The notes under the pieces: model-generated | Database searches by the model: none | Seen by the model: only the letters and a program-made list of their open reading frames with translations | Told to the model about the DNA's origin: nothing | Translations under genes and position numbers: made by a program | Assembly: GCF_964355755.1 (NCBI RefSeq) | Contig: NC_092677.1 | Location: 10,438,101 to 10,502,100 of the forward strand | Length of the DNA: 64,000 nt | Source: Antedon mediterranea | Taxonomy: Eukaryota; Animalia; Echinodermata | Direction: 5' to 3' | Shown: one piece after another, positions 13,386 through 26,700 of the stretch | How the letters are laid out: each line of letters opens with the position of its first letter | How positions within the stretch are numbered: the stretch's first letter is position 1

Positions 13386-13538
13386 AGCTCTGTTTACATT
13401 ATCAAACTTTATGTGACTAAAAAATATGGTGATGATGATGATGTCATATCACTACTAAATTTTGGCATATTACTACTATATTTGGGCATATCACTACCAT
13501 ATTTGGGCACATCACAGTTTGACAGTGAAGACGGAGCT
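13386..13538. mobile_element. PIF/Harbinger MITE family A copy
   Basis: TIR AGCTCTGT(C/T)TACA...GAC(A/G)GAGCT with internal CACTACCATATTTGGGCA repeats. Confidence 0.8.
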
Positions 13539-14708
13539 TAGTTAATTTTGTTAATGTTTGGCAATTTGTCTGTCTATCAGTATACTGACCAGAAGGACAT
13601 TGACATTTCATTAATATATGGTAAAACATTATTACGCATGGTCACATTCTCAAATTCCTAGAATGTTTATTTCTAGAGCACATTAAGATAATTTGTCTGG
13701 CTTTAAATGAGAACCACAGACGAAGTATTTACTCACATATATGAGTGGGATACAATACATAGGTTTAATAAAACATTGTGGGAGTGTGTTACTGAAATGG
13801 AAGTGGAGGTTGGCAGTTTGAATCCTTTCAGCTGATTCACATTATCGTAGGCAAATTCCATGATACAGCATCTCATGTATTATAGACCTTCCATGATATA
13901 GAATCACATTACCTTAGTGTTACTGAATTCACCTATGTTACTGGACAAATAATGTCATATGCTGGTATACAAATGTTTGCTTGTATCTTGGACAAGACAT
14001 TTCAGGTTCATTTGTCTTTCCTCACCCAGGGATATCAATAGGTACACGCTGGAAGCTACCTATGAAGGATTAGTGATTCTTAGAGAGCTACATAAACTTA
14101 TGAACAATGCTTTTGGAAGGCACAAGTCTTCAACAAGGATTTTCACTGCTTTAACAGGCATCATAAAAAAAAATCTTTTATGCATATATCTGTGTCATTA
14201 TAAATATCTTTACATCTCACAAGTAGAATTTGATTCCAAGCCTCCGGCGAATCTAATATATGATATGCTTAACACTGTCCATGAGTGCATAGAATAACAG
14301 AGTAAAATACACTCAACAAAAGTGTGTGACAAAGCTAAAGGGAAGTAGACAGTAGCAGAGGTTATTCAAGTTCAAGCTGTCTGTCTCATCGATACACTTT
14401 GACCTTTATGAGTGGCTTCTATATTTCACTAGCAATTATGTCTGGCAAACATTTAAAGAGTATAAATATACTTCTGGAAATCTGATTTGAATATAATGTG
14501 AGGTTTCAAAATAGAGGGGGTAGCTACTAGAACATGCTAAAATGTACAATACAAAACTATTGATTTTTTATTGGTAGATTTTTTAGTGTAAAGATTTCAT
14601 ATTCTGACCTTTATAGTTTTTCTAAATTTGGCACTAAATGACCATTTTTTAACTGCATAACCCAATTTTAATAAAGTAATAATAAATATTTTGTAGATAC
14701 CCTTACCT

Positions 14709-17700
14709 TTAGACAGCTTCTCCTTCTAACTTGATAGTCAGTTTCTCGTTTAAACTTGTTTGGATGACCACCATTCCGGAATATTTGCCAGAATGAGTAG
14801 GCTTGAAGAAGATCGGAAGACGGGCGTATACCTGGGACTTGATTACATGCTTGAAGTGTTTAATTGCAAATGGAGGCTTTGGACTCAGAAATTTAACCTT
14901 AATGGTGGAAATGAATAGCATTTATCCACAGTTATTAGCAAATAGCTATAAAGATGTTGAAAGGTACTAAAGAGATTATAGACGTCTTAGGTGAGTTTCA
15001 ACAAGGAAAGGGCATGTGACAAGACCTTTAAGCAGACCTCAAGGTGCCGAGTGAACAGACTTACAGTATATAGATTGACTTACATTATATAGATGGACAA
15101 AAAAGCATTTATCTACAGTCAGTTAAGGGAATGGTTACATAGATGTAAAAGAGGTCTCCATCCAGGTAAATCTTTTTGATACTGCAGCTGATAGTCATAG
15201 CAAATCACAAAAAAATTTGAATAAAAATAATTGTCTACCTCTTGATTGTGGTGTGATCTGTTCCTAATGGCCACTTTCAGCATGGCAGTTGTGTTTATAT
15301 CTGTGGCAGGAAAGAACAGTTCTGATTCTTCAACTTCAATCCCAGAGTTTGGCTTGACATTGTTATCCTGGCAACTAAAGACAATCAAATAAGAGGATAT
15401 AAATAAAACTATGCACTAACTTTTCCTCATGGAGCCAAGCTAATTGCTCAAATGGTGTAAATGTAAAAGGGAAACAACCTGCGACTTGCAACCTACTGGG
15501 CTGAATTGCGCACAGGTGTGGACGACGCATACCACAACTTTCTTCTCCCCTAAGGGTCCCTTCGTGTCGAGTGCTGCCACCAAACGGCGCCCATTTGTCT
15601 GTCCACAATGACAGGAGCTGCATGAATCAGTACACCCTACTCTTCCAAAAGATTTACTGGGTTCTTTAAAGTGCACACAAGCCAGATGTGTTCATGTTTT
15701 GCTCTATGCTATCCAATCCTCACATAATGTTTACTTATATTCAGCACATTGAGGAAATGTGTGTTATTTTCTTGGGACTTGAATCCACAACCTCCTGATC
15801 ACTAGCCTGGTGTTCATAGCTCCAGAATATCAAGCCTAACAAGAATTGTATTTCTATACTGTCCCATAATGCTATCTATTAAAACATATATTTTAAATTT
15901 TGTCACAAAATGTGAAAGTACCTTTTGCCTTTGGTAGGATTGTCAGAATCGGCTTTGCCTCCAACCACTGCAGATTTTAAGTGTTGTGCATCCTCAGTTG
16001 GTTTTTCTGGTCCATCCTTAGAAGCAACAGCGGTCATTTCAATTCTGATTGATTGCGTTTCGGACATTCGTTCTCTGGGTTCATACTAAAAAGTAAATTA
16101 AATAAAATTTATGAGAAAATTAATGTATGACTTAAATTACAGTATTTTAACATAATAATAATATGGATTTATATAGTGCCACACATACCACTCAAGAGTG
16201 CTCAAGGTGTGTTAAAAAAACGAAATTCAATAACAGTATCTGGCTTAATAATACACAATGTCTTTAAAAGGTCATGTAGGCCTATAAATAGTATTTTAAC
16301 ACTGCCTTTTGCAATTTGATGTATTTTTCTTGTTGTTTTATTGTCTTTAAATTATACCAAGCAAAATGAATTTCCAATTTAAAGTGGACCAATACAATTT
16401 CCTCAGTTTTATAAGCAATAAACTTAACTCATTTGAATGCTAAGCACTGAACAAATGTGGCACCATTGGTAGAAAATAAGCAAGAATTTCATAGTGTATG
16501 TTCAAATGAGTAATTTTTATTAATGTTAATATTTTTATGGGTATGGTTAAAGGTACCATATTGGCATTCTATTCATTTTCAACTCACCTCCAGATTCCAA
16601 TACTGTGAATACTTTCCGACTTCTCTTGGGATAAACGTTACCAATACCTACAAAATGTAATTCCAAAATATTACTTAACATTACATAACTTTTTGCATTA
16701 CATCATTTTACATTTATATATTTCTATAACATTAATCATAACCACTTTACATACTATGATAACATTGCTTAAAATAAGTAAGTACATTACATAACTTTAA
16801 TATAGTAATATTATACTGTATGAAGCTCTGTCTACACTATCAACCTTTCGGTGACAACAAAATATGATGTGCCTATATCTGGACATGCTGATGTTATATC
16901 AATACCATATTTGGGCATATCACTACCATATATGGGCACACCCCACTGTTTCTGTCTACTACTTTGACAGTGTAGACAGAGCTTGATATGAATATTCAAA
17001 AATTTACTTTAAATTCTTGTCCTGACAGAATAGATCCGGATTGCTTGGCGAATCTGAAGGCTGAATAAGTAGCACGGAAAATGTCACCGCCTTCTTGCTT
17101 TACGTAAGCCGGTGCAAATGATGACAAACACCAGCGAAGAACCTCATTAGTCATGCTTTTAAACTCAACAGTTGCCTCTGTTACAGCAGGGAAAAAAGAT
17201 TATGAAGAAACTGTAAACATACTACTATTCGCCCTCAAACTTGTATTAAGCTCTCTATAGACCCACACCCACCCAGTACACTAAAGCTCTGTCTACACTA
17301 TCAAACTAGTTTGACAAAACAAGTGTGATGTGCCCAAATATGGTAGCGATATGACATCATCGTGTCAGTTATGGGCACATCAAATTTTTATGTCATATAA
17401 AGTTTGATAGTGTAAACAGAGCTTAAGAGACGATACCCTAATCTTTCCGAATTATTTATCATGCATGTGCAGTGTATACACAGGATCACCACATTTACAA
17501 TCAGGGTAACATGTCTTGACAAGGATACAAGCAAGATGGGAGACAGGTCTCAAAGCCCTGCATCTCACATGCTAGTCAAATTTCCACACAATTATGCCAT
17601 ATTGGTCTTTCCATAAAGGCACTAGGATTAACTTTCGGGGCAGCAGAAAATGAGCAAAGAAGAGCTGACCTCCAATGTCAATGTAAAATAATTAATGAGG

Positions 17701-20700
17701 AGGAAATTAAACAAATATAAAGAATAAAAAAAACAATTTTAATCACTTTTTTAAGATCTGTTAAATGGAGAAAAAAGGTTTGAAATGTATGTACAGTATA
17801 TACAATCTTATGAATACCCTTTGTAATTTTTTACCCTAAAGAGGCAGACCAATAATAAGTAATTTATCTATGTCAGAAATCGATTATACGACAATAAAAG
17901 TGGAACAAGTCTTCGAAAGACAAAATAAAATACTAGACCAGAACAAACCTACCTGATATTTTGCCAACTTGCGTCTCTTCAAATGTTACTGTTCGTAATT
18001 TCAGTTTAATTGGTTCTTTTATTTGGAGGTTGGGCACTCCAATGACATCTCCAGGAGTGGCTGGCTGGTTGTCTAACGATGTCAGATGACCACGGGATGG
18101 ATAAATAGATGTGTCCATTGCTATGTCTTGTCTAATCTGAACTTTAATTTCCTAAAATAAAAATAACATAATATGAATTACTTTTAAAGGTTGAATTTCT
18201 TTTAAGGTTGATTTACCAAACTAGCAGGGGAAGGGAGGTTAGTTATTTTAAACGCTAAGTAATTTAGAGAATATTTCAATGTTACCAATAGTTTTCTTAA
18301 TTTTCAACAAGGCATACCTCCTTCTTTTCGACACCCCTATTACTATAAAAAAAATGACGGAAAATACGGGCAACCCCCTACGCAAGTCACAACATATCAT
18401 TTATTTCGCCAATATACAGTACAGTACAAAGTAAGACATAAAAAAAAACATTACAAAAGTAAATCAATGAGGCCGGATTACCTAAAAGTTATAAATAAAA
18501 ATAACCGTCGAGAGGCTCTCTACATCGAAATACTTACATAAAATGAATTACACACACAAAAAACATGAATTCCTATAAAATTGAGATAAAACTATAAAAT
18601 TCTACAATTGATTTATATAAAACACTATTAATGGTACACTTCTCGTGATCCAGGTGTTTCCTTTGGGAGTTCTACTGTAAGAATGATCACATAGTCTAAT
18701 GCTCTGTCATCATGTCCATATATGGTATATATGATATGCACATCACATTTTTTTTCACATAAAGTTTAATAGTGTAGACAGAGCTTTATACAATTTTATT
18801 AGTAATCAGTATCAGTATAATAAACTATGCAATAAAAACAATTGTTCTTTGCGAATAATTAATTAGACACACCTTTAGATTGCCATCACATTTAATGTAG
18901 ACACTACCTCCCCAAGGTAGCTGCACTCCTCTAGATGCCAGTGATGGACTTGGACTGACCAGTACTAAGATCTGACTACGAGGTTCAACAACACCAGTCT
19001 GTGGGGTGACTGTCAAGCAATGTCCAGGCCAGGTCAGCTCAAAGCTGCAAATAATAGTACAAACATGTAGGAAGTCAATTGAAAGTGTCACTCACCATTG
19101 TTAATGAAAATAAAAACATTTACAAAAGACAAATTTAACCATTAGGATGACTATAACGAGGCATTTAATAAAAAGGCAAATTGCCTTAAAATGTAAATGT
19201 GACATGTTTCGAGAAACTATTCTCATCATCAGAACAGTAAACAACGCCTAGAGTGCTTATATACCAATAGGACATATTGTATGTAAATAAGTAATTAGCA
19301 TAATAAAACAAGGAAGGAACAAATTTAACCACAGTCACCTACCTGAGTGTTCTATCTGTTGAATTGATGACTTGAACCCGTCCCTTGCTGACAGATTGGG
19401 ATTGCACATGCAGTACTAGATGTTCTGGTTGAATGCTCCATGTAGACGATTCACTGGATGTAATTGGTGACGAATGCATTGCTTTATGGGATGGTGGCGC
19501 CGGTATGTCTTTTATTGGAGGCGAGTTTGACATTATCTCAGACCTGTGCACAAAACAATACTTAGATTTAGAAAGTTTAGTTCTTACCCTCTGTCAACAC
19601 TATCAATGGACATGATGATGTCATATCACTACCATATTTGGCATATCACTACCATATTTAGGCACATCACACTTTTTTGTCACATAAAGTTTCATAATGT
19701 AAGTGACATCCTTGTGGGTGTATAAAAAAATTATAAAATTAATCAATAAAAACTACCATCTCTCTTTCTTCATTTCCTTCATTTTAGGAAACCTTGGCAT
19801 TTCTTCATCAACCTCTTTTTTCAACGTCCAATCACCTTCATACTGAATGCTATCATTCACTTCTTTTGAAGCGCCGATAAACGACACCATTATACGCGAC
19901 ATGCATGAATAGAACAACTGCTTGTCGTTTGGTGAGGGGGAAAGATTAAACTTTTCTTCAACTTTTTCTTCATTAAGAAATGGCTTATCAAACACGACCT
20001 CTTTCAGTGGATTACTGCCGGACAAAACAACCTTTTTTGCAGTTCCTGTTTTCTGGGCTCTGTTGAAAATAATTCATGTATATTGTCACTAGTTTTTCTT
20101 ACATAGAAATTATTCTGAATTCTGTCTTACTATAGAGGATTTAAAACTTTTGAGAAATTGCATAGTTCAAATTTGTATTTAAATTGAAATGAGTTTTTTT
20201 TATACTGTATTTTTCAAATTGATAACTTCTTAAAATGAGATTCTCTACATGAAAGAAGTTGCTGGGAGTGGAATTGTCTCTCTGTCTAGTGTAGTGTCCC
20301 GTATATGGACATGACATCATATCACTACTATATTTGGGCATATCAGTACCATATTTTCTGTCACATAAAGTTTGAGAGTGTAGATAATGCTTTATGAGAA
20401 CAAATTATGACATATGACAGGACTTGAACCCAGGATTCACTTACTGTCTATACTGATGTCTTGTGATCTCATCTCCGTAGAAGATTCCAATGGCACACAG
20501 CAGATGAGACTGCTTGGAGCAGAGTACTGAATCTGTCTTTGTTAAGTGTAATGTCAAAGTGATTTTTTGGAGCTTTTCCCTCTGCAGGATGAACTCATCT
20601 GGTTTGATGGTAATTCTCTTTGATTCCAGCTTTTCACTTGCTTTTAGATCTTGGATAAAATATAAAACAATTCATTTTCGATGGTTATAATACCACATTT

Positions 20701-23700
20701 CTTGTTTGCAAGAAGCGAAAGACCTAAACAAAAAATTTATTGAAAGTCCGACGAAGGTGCATAGATATTCTTGCAAAAAAGTCTAAACTTTTAGTCAAAC
20801 TTCAACTTAGCATAGAAACTTACCTGCAAAAGGTATTATTTTTACAAAAGCGGTTCTAGAGCCTGTATTTAAGGCTTCAAAGGAAAGGGTTCGAGTCTGT
20901 CCAGCTACCACATTCATTACATTTGATAGATATGTATCGCCAACATGTGTAAGTCCGCTTAGGATGATGTTGCTAACACCACCATATCCAGACAAAGGAA
21001 TCTAAAACAAATATAATGACAATCAGACATTGTTCAAATATCAAGTAGTAGTTCAGAATGGATAGGTTTTTAATAGTTTTTTCTTATACTGTATATGTAT
21101 TTCTATATTAATTTATTTGATAAAACTTGAATTTCATTCAGCATCTTACTGTGAACTTAGTGTTGCCTGTGGTTGGTCTGATAACCAATGTTGCCTTCAT
21201 TGTGTTCTCTGATGTTGGGGCAAAGAGAATGTGCACTGGTATCTGTTCTGAGGGCTTTAGAACAACATGGCGGTTGTCTGTCAACTTCTCCTGCTGTCCG
21301 AAGGAACTTTGAAGCTGTAAATGATTTGGAAAAAATACACTCTTTTTAAAAATGTCATACGCATCCAACAGCAAGTACAAATTCCCCAATAACAAGATGG
21401 ATAAACTATTTTATAATTTAACATGTTTATAAACTACATCTCATTTGAGGCTTAGGGAGTGGAGTTGAAAGAGTGGTGGGTTACAACCATGGCACTAGGT
21501 AATTCAGGAAAATTGTTTGGGGTCAAACAATGTTTTTTAAATTCAAGTAGTACCCGCTGCTTCTATGAGCTAGAGACTAACCATAGTCATCAGCTTGGTG
21601 CTCTATGGATGGTTAGTGATCTTGAGGTCGTATAGAATCATTTAGGGTCGCAGACCACGATTTACAGAACCTTCACTTAATCCATACCTGAAAGTCATCA
21701 GTATTGCCTTTAATTGATAACTTCAACTTCATCATTTGAGAGTCAGAGTCATTCTTTAGTACTATCTTCTGCTGGAGAGCTCTGCCAACAGGGACACCTC
21801 CCCAGACCACAAACTGCTTAGTGCATAGAATAGGTAACATAGATGGTTCTTTTGAGATTGGAGAAGTGGTTGTAGCTTTACCTAACATAACAACCTCATA
21901 GTGTGGACCATCTGGTAAGACTTGGACGACAAGTGTGCTATAAAACATAAAAATATTTTACATAATTAAAATATGCAATTTATTTTACCTACAGAAAAAT
22001 TGGCTGAAAATGTAAAAGTTATTTTCAGGAAACAAAGCCATAAATGATTATTCTGTATATATGCAAAAAAAAACACTAACAAAGATTCGTAAGATATTGC
22101 ATGTGTACCTTTCAACTTCAGAGGGCGCTTCTTTAGGCCTGTATTTTACCAACACATCTCGCTCCTCATCCGGTTCTAGTGCTAGCTTCTCTGGTACCAT
22201 AGTGAATAAATCCTTTGCTCTAACAACAGACAACTGGATATCAAGCCTAAGGTTACCAGCATTTTTTAAAGGGAAGTTCCGACTTGCATACTGTCCAACC
22301 GTTGATTTAAAATTCATAGCCTAGAAGAGATTAGCAGAAATTTTAACATACAGCGTTGCTATTCAAACAATAATGGGCAAACTTTTCTTCATTTAACTAT
22401 GTTTTACACATTTAGTTTACTTTGTATTGGATATAAAAACATACCTGCATACTCCTTGAAGCATGTAGCCTAGCCACCCCAACTAAGCCCTTGATGGGTA
22501 GAACTGCAAGATATTCATGCTGCTCTGGCGTGTCAAACTCCACCTGAAGTTGTCCAGAAATAACATCAGGAGGGCCTAGCTTAATGTTACTTGTAATGCT
22601 TAGCTTACTGGATGCTTTGATATGAACCCAGACACTGACAGATGGAGACTCTTTAGTCTTGAAAAATAACAGAAATAATTAGATGTATAAAATATAAAAC
22701 AAATACTATTTTTAATAATTAAAATAAAGAAAAGAAATGTTTATTATATTGTATGTATATTCGTAAAATGAATTTACAGGCACTAAAATTTGTAGCAGAA
22801 AACAAATAAAATATGGTACCTGATTTTCATTGCCTGCTAACGTTGTATGTACTGGCTTTGTAGAAACACCTGTGTTTGACTTCTCACCGACACTAAAGCT
22901 TAGGTGATGCATCAGAGAACCCTATGGAAATCATGAAAAATGTTTAATTTATGAATTAAGTGAGAGATCGTACATGCACTATCATCATTTTGTAAACGGA
23001 AAAGGGAACTTTTAGCCACCAATTGTTGTGAGCAATTGATATAAAGTCTAGAGTGAAAACTCTGTCTGCACTATCAGACTTTATGCGACAAAAAAAATGT
23101 TGTGCCCATATATGGACATGATGATGTCACATCACTACCATATTTGGGCATATCACTACCATATTTGGTCACATCACATTTTTTTTCCGTCAAACTAGTT
23201 TGATAGTGTAGACAGAGCTTCATGTAGTGTAATGCTGTGTTTGATGCGGTGTGTGTCTCTGGTTTAAGTCTTACTGGGTGCTTCTATTTATTTTTTTAGT
23301 ATGTGAAGGAGATACTGTATATAGATAAATGTGTATAAAACCGAAAATCATTGAAGCATGTAAAAGTAAACAATTATGATATCAAGGTTTACAACATATA
23401 AACTTAGAAGTAGCACAATATGACAAATATGGAGAACTTACAGAAATGAGAGCGATTCGAATTGGCACAGTTGCTCTTCCACGATTCACAACCAAAATAC
23501 GTTTTGATGTGGATGTGTTCTGATTGATGTTGCCAAAATGGATACTGCCATCATCCGATTCTTGTATCTGATAAAATAACCGAATTAATAAATAAGTCTA
23601 TGAATAGAAGATGTAGAAATGTGTAAACAAACCATGCATATGATATGGAATACTTTATTTTAAAAAAATCAAGCAGCTAATGTAAAAAGCTACACTATCA

Positions 23701-26700
23701 AACTTTATGTAACAACAAAATGTGATGTGTCCATATATGGACACGAAGAGGTTATATCACTACAATATTTGGGTACTTCACACCTTTTTTGTGTGTCAAA
23801 CTTGATGATTTAGACAGTCTTTTAAATCTTCAATGCACATTTTCACATACCTCAACACTAGGTTTCTCAGCCAGACCTTGAATGGTAACTACTTGAGGAG
23901 GATTTACTTGCACCAATGCTGTTTCACTATTAGCAACGACTGGACTAGAAGTTATTTGAACTTCAGATATGTAGATTCCTGGGTATTTGGGCATAAATAT
24001 GATCTTCACCTCTTCAGTAGTATGAGGGCTAATGATGGTTTTTGGATGGATCAAAAATGATGGTTTGCTTATAGGATTAACCTGATAAATAAAGTTAATA
24101 TATTGTAAAAATAGTCTAGGCACAATAATATAGATAATAAGCAAGGTAAAAGTGCATGGTACAGTATAGGACTTAATATGTACTGTCTGAGAATTAGGAA
24201 AGGCTTATGTTTGCTTTTCTTGCATCATGTTATTTTGTGTATGTTTTGCTGAAATTGAATAAAACATCTTAGACTTCTTCTAGCTGCTTTAATAATGTAT
24301 TGTTTTTCATTTCAAAGAGCAAAGAGTTCCACATTACATTGAAAAATAATTTAAATACTAAATAAACTCAGCTCTACTACCACAGTAGTATTTTAGACTG
24401 ACCTCTTCTCCATTTATTGACACAGACACTACCTCCAATGTACACTGCAGCCATCTTGTAGAAGGGTTGTGAAGAGGAAGGGTTGCTTGTGCTGCAATGC
24501 CTACACAGCATACTCCTTGGAACCTAAGTTGTTTTGGTACAACAAGGTTAGCCACGATACTGGCATGAGGTAATGCTGATTGGCCTAACAACAAAAATAA
24601 TGTGTTATTGAGACAGAAACGGTTGTATTGTAGACTGCCAACTATAAACAGAACATTGAAAACAATCTAAAAAGAAGCTCTACTACTGCTACAGTATTGA
24701 GTAAAGGGCCTTTCACACCTGCTCCGGCACGGTTCCGGTCCGGCGACGGCAAATCCAATCGAACGTCAATGTTTCGTTTTTACGCGGCTACGCGCATATC
24801 GATTGGTGCTTGGCCGCGTGGAGCGTCGTAAAAACGAAACATTGGTGTTCAATTCGCCGGACCGGAACCGTGCCGGAACAGGTGTGAAAGGCCCTTTAAT
24901 GCAGACAAAAGCTTCCCCTCAGTCATGACATTGCACAGAAATATAGTGAAAGAACTAAAGTAAGAGTTTTTTACGAAAGATTTCTATGCAGTACATGATT
25001 GGAATAAAATTTACTTTCTTTTTTTACAATGTGCCACAATTTGCGGGTTAATAATAATTAGCATTTTTCTTACCATGAAAATGTGGGAGGGTTGAACCAC
25101 TAGGAAGAGTTGACATAAAGGGACCCGGACGTCCATTGGCAGTAGATGTTGGCAAGAAATGAGTGCCTGGAGCAGCCGCTGGTATTGTTCCATACGAGTA
25201 AGTGGAATGTAGACCACCTTGAGAAGGAATGCTTCCATGACCAAAGAACTGGTTACTGCTTGAACTAGTACTAGGAGTACAGGTAGTCATAATGGGTCTA
25301 TCATTTAAATATTGGCTTGCAATGGCATTAGTTAGTAATGACTGGCTGGTTAATAAAGTTGGTTTACCAGATGGTGGTAGAATGCCAGGGATTGGTTGAA
25401 AGCTTGAAATTGGAAGATTAGCAAAGGATGGTAAATGATCTGTTAACACTTGACTAGATGAATGAGGAAGTTGGGGTGGTATGTATCTTTTATCATCTGA
25501 TATTGATACAGTATTTCCAAGATGGTGATGATGTGGATGTTCTTCAAGAAGATGTCTATTGTGAAGAGAGGACTGTGAAACTGAAGAACTATACAAATGT
25601 TGAAGCTTTGCTGAATCGATGCCTGTTTCATGAGATCTTGGTGACAACGATATTGATGATTCCTGGTATATTCTTCCATGGTTATCTAGTGATATCGACA
25701 TCTTTGAGTTCTGAGATGGTTTTCGATGCGTTCTAGGTGACGATGATTTAGTTGAATCCTGTGACAATCTTCCTTGACTCACAGGCGAGAGTGATGTCTT
25801 TGACTTCTGTGAAGGTGAAACATGTACTTTCTGCCTACTAGGCTTCACTTTATCACTATCTGTCACAAATTTAATATCTTCATGTTCTGGACTGCCTTCA
25901 TCTGTATTTGGTTGGCTTTGAGTAATGTCAAAGAAGCTGTCTTCAATCATAATATCTGAGGGCCGTGGCATATATTCTGAGGCTACAATACGATGGTCAC
26001 CAAGAATGAAAACGTCCGAGTCAGGAGGCTTTATACTTCTTCTTCCTTTACTCGGGGAAGATCTCTTTGACTTCTTTTCTGCAAATTTAGTTCTATCAGA
26101 TGTATTTTTTTTCATGCTTTCGATATTAGGAGCTTCCTTTTGATAATCTTTAATATCTCTTTCTTTATTTTCTATTGATTCTGAATATTGCTGTTTCTCA
26201 GGTCTTAGTGGTATTTTGTTCATATCATCATTGTTAGAATTGTAAGTTTTCACTCCTTTAGTCCTTCGCATGTTTGCATGCAATTCAATCTGTGAATGTG
26301 TGTTAAATTGATGTTCTGACACATCCTGATCAATTTTTGATACATTTCTGGCAGGAAGTGCACTTTTAGAGCTATGACCAACAATGCTATGTTTTAAAAT
26401 TGGATCAAAAATAGGGGGATATGATTTATGTGAAGCAATACTTTCTTGTATATTCCTAGAATCATCTTTACCATCAGATCTATGACTAGAATTGGAGATT
26501 CTTTGACCATCCACTTTTAATTGAGGTCTTTTTGGATTCTCATCATGTCTTTGTGAAGTTCTAGCCTGTGAACCTTTTGCACGTCTAGCTTTCCTTAACA
26601 TTTCGACGATCATGGCATCAGACTTTTCCATATCTTCAACAGTTTCGGAAGACTTTCCAGTGCTCTGTATTGGGTCTACCTGACCTACCATTGGTTTGGG

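Noticed and set aside
13959-14297. 112-aa plus-strand ORF
   Set aside because: No recognisable domain. It is antisense to the probable CEP192 3'UTR.
19610-19625. C/D snoRNA box C (ATGATGA) in introns
   Set aside because: The motif is part of the repeated Harbinger MITE consensus, with no box D or terminal stem.
21555-21600. Second hammerhead-like motif on minus (CTGATGA-CTATG...CATAG-AAGC)
   Set aside because: A hairpin is present but the GAAA core and the stem III/NUH site are not canonical. Other CTGATGA hits (about 48277, 56782, 60538) lack stem II plus GAAA.
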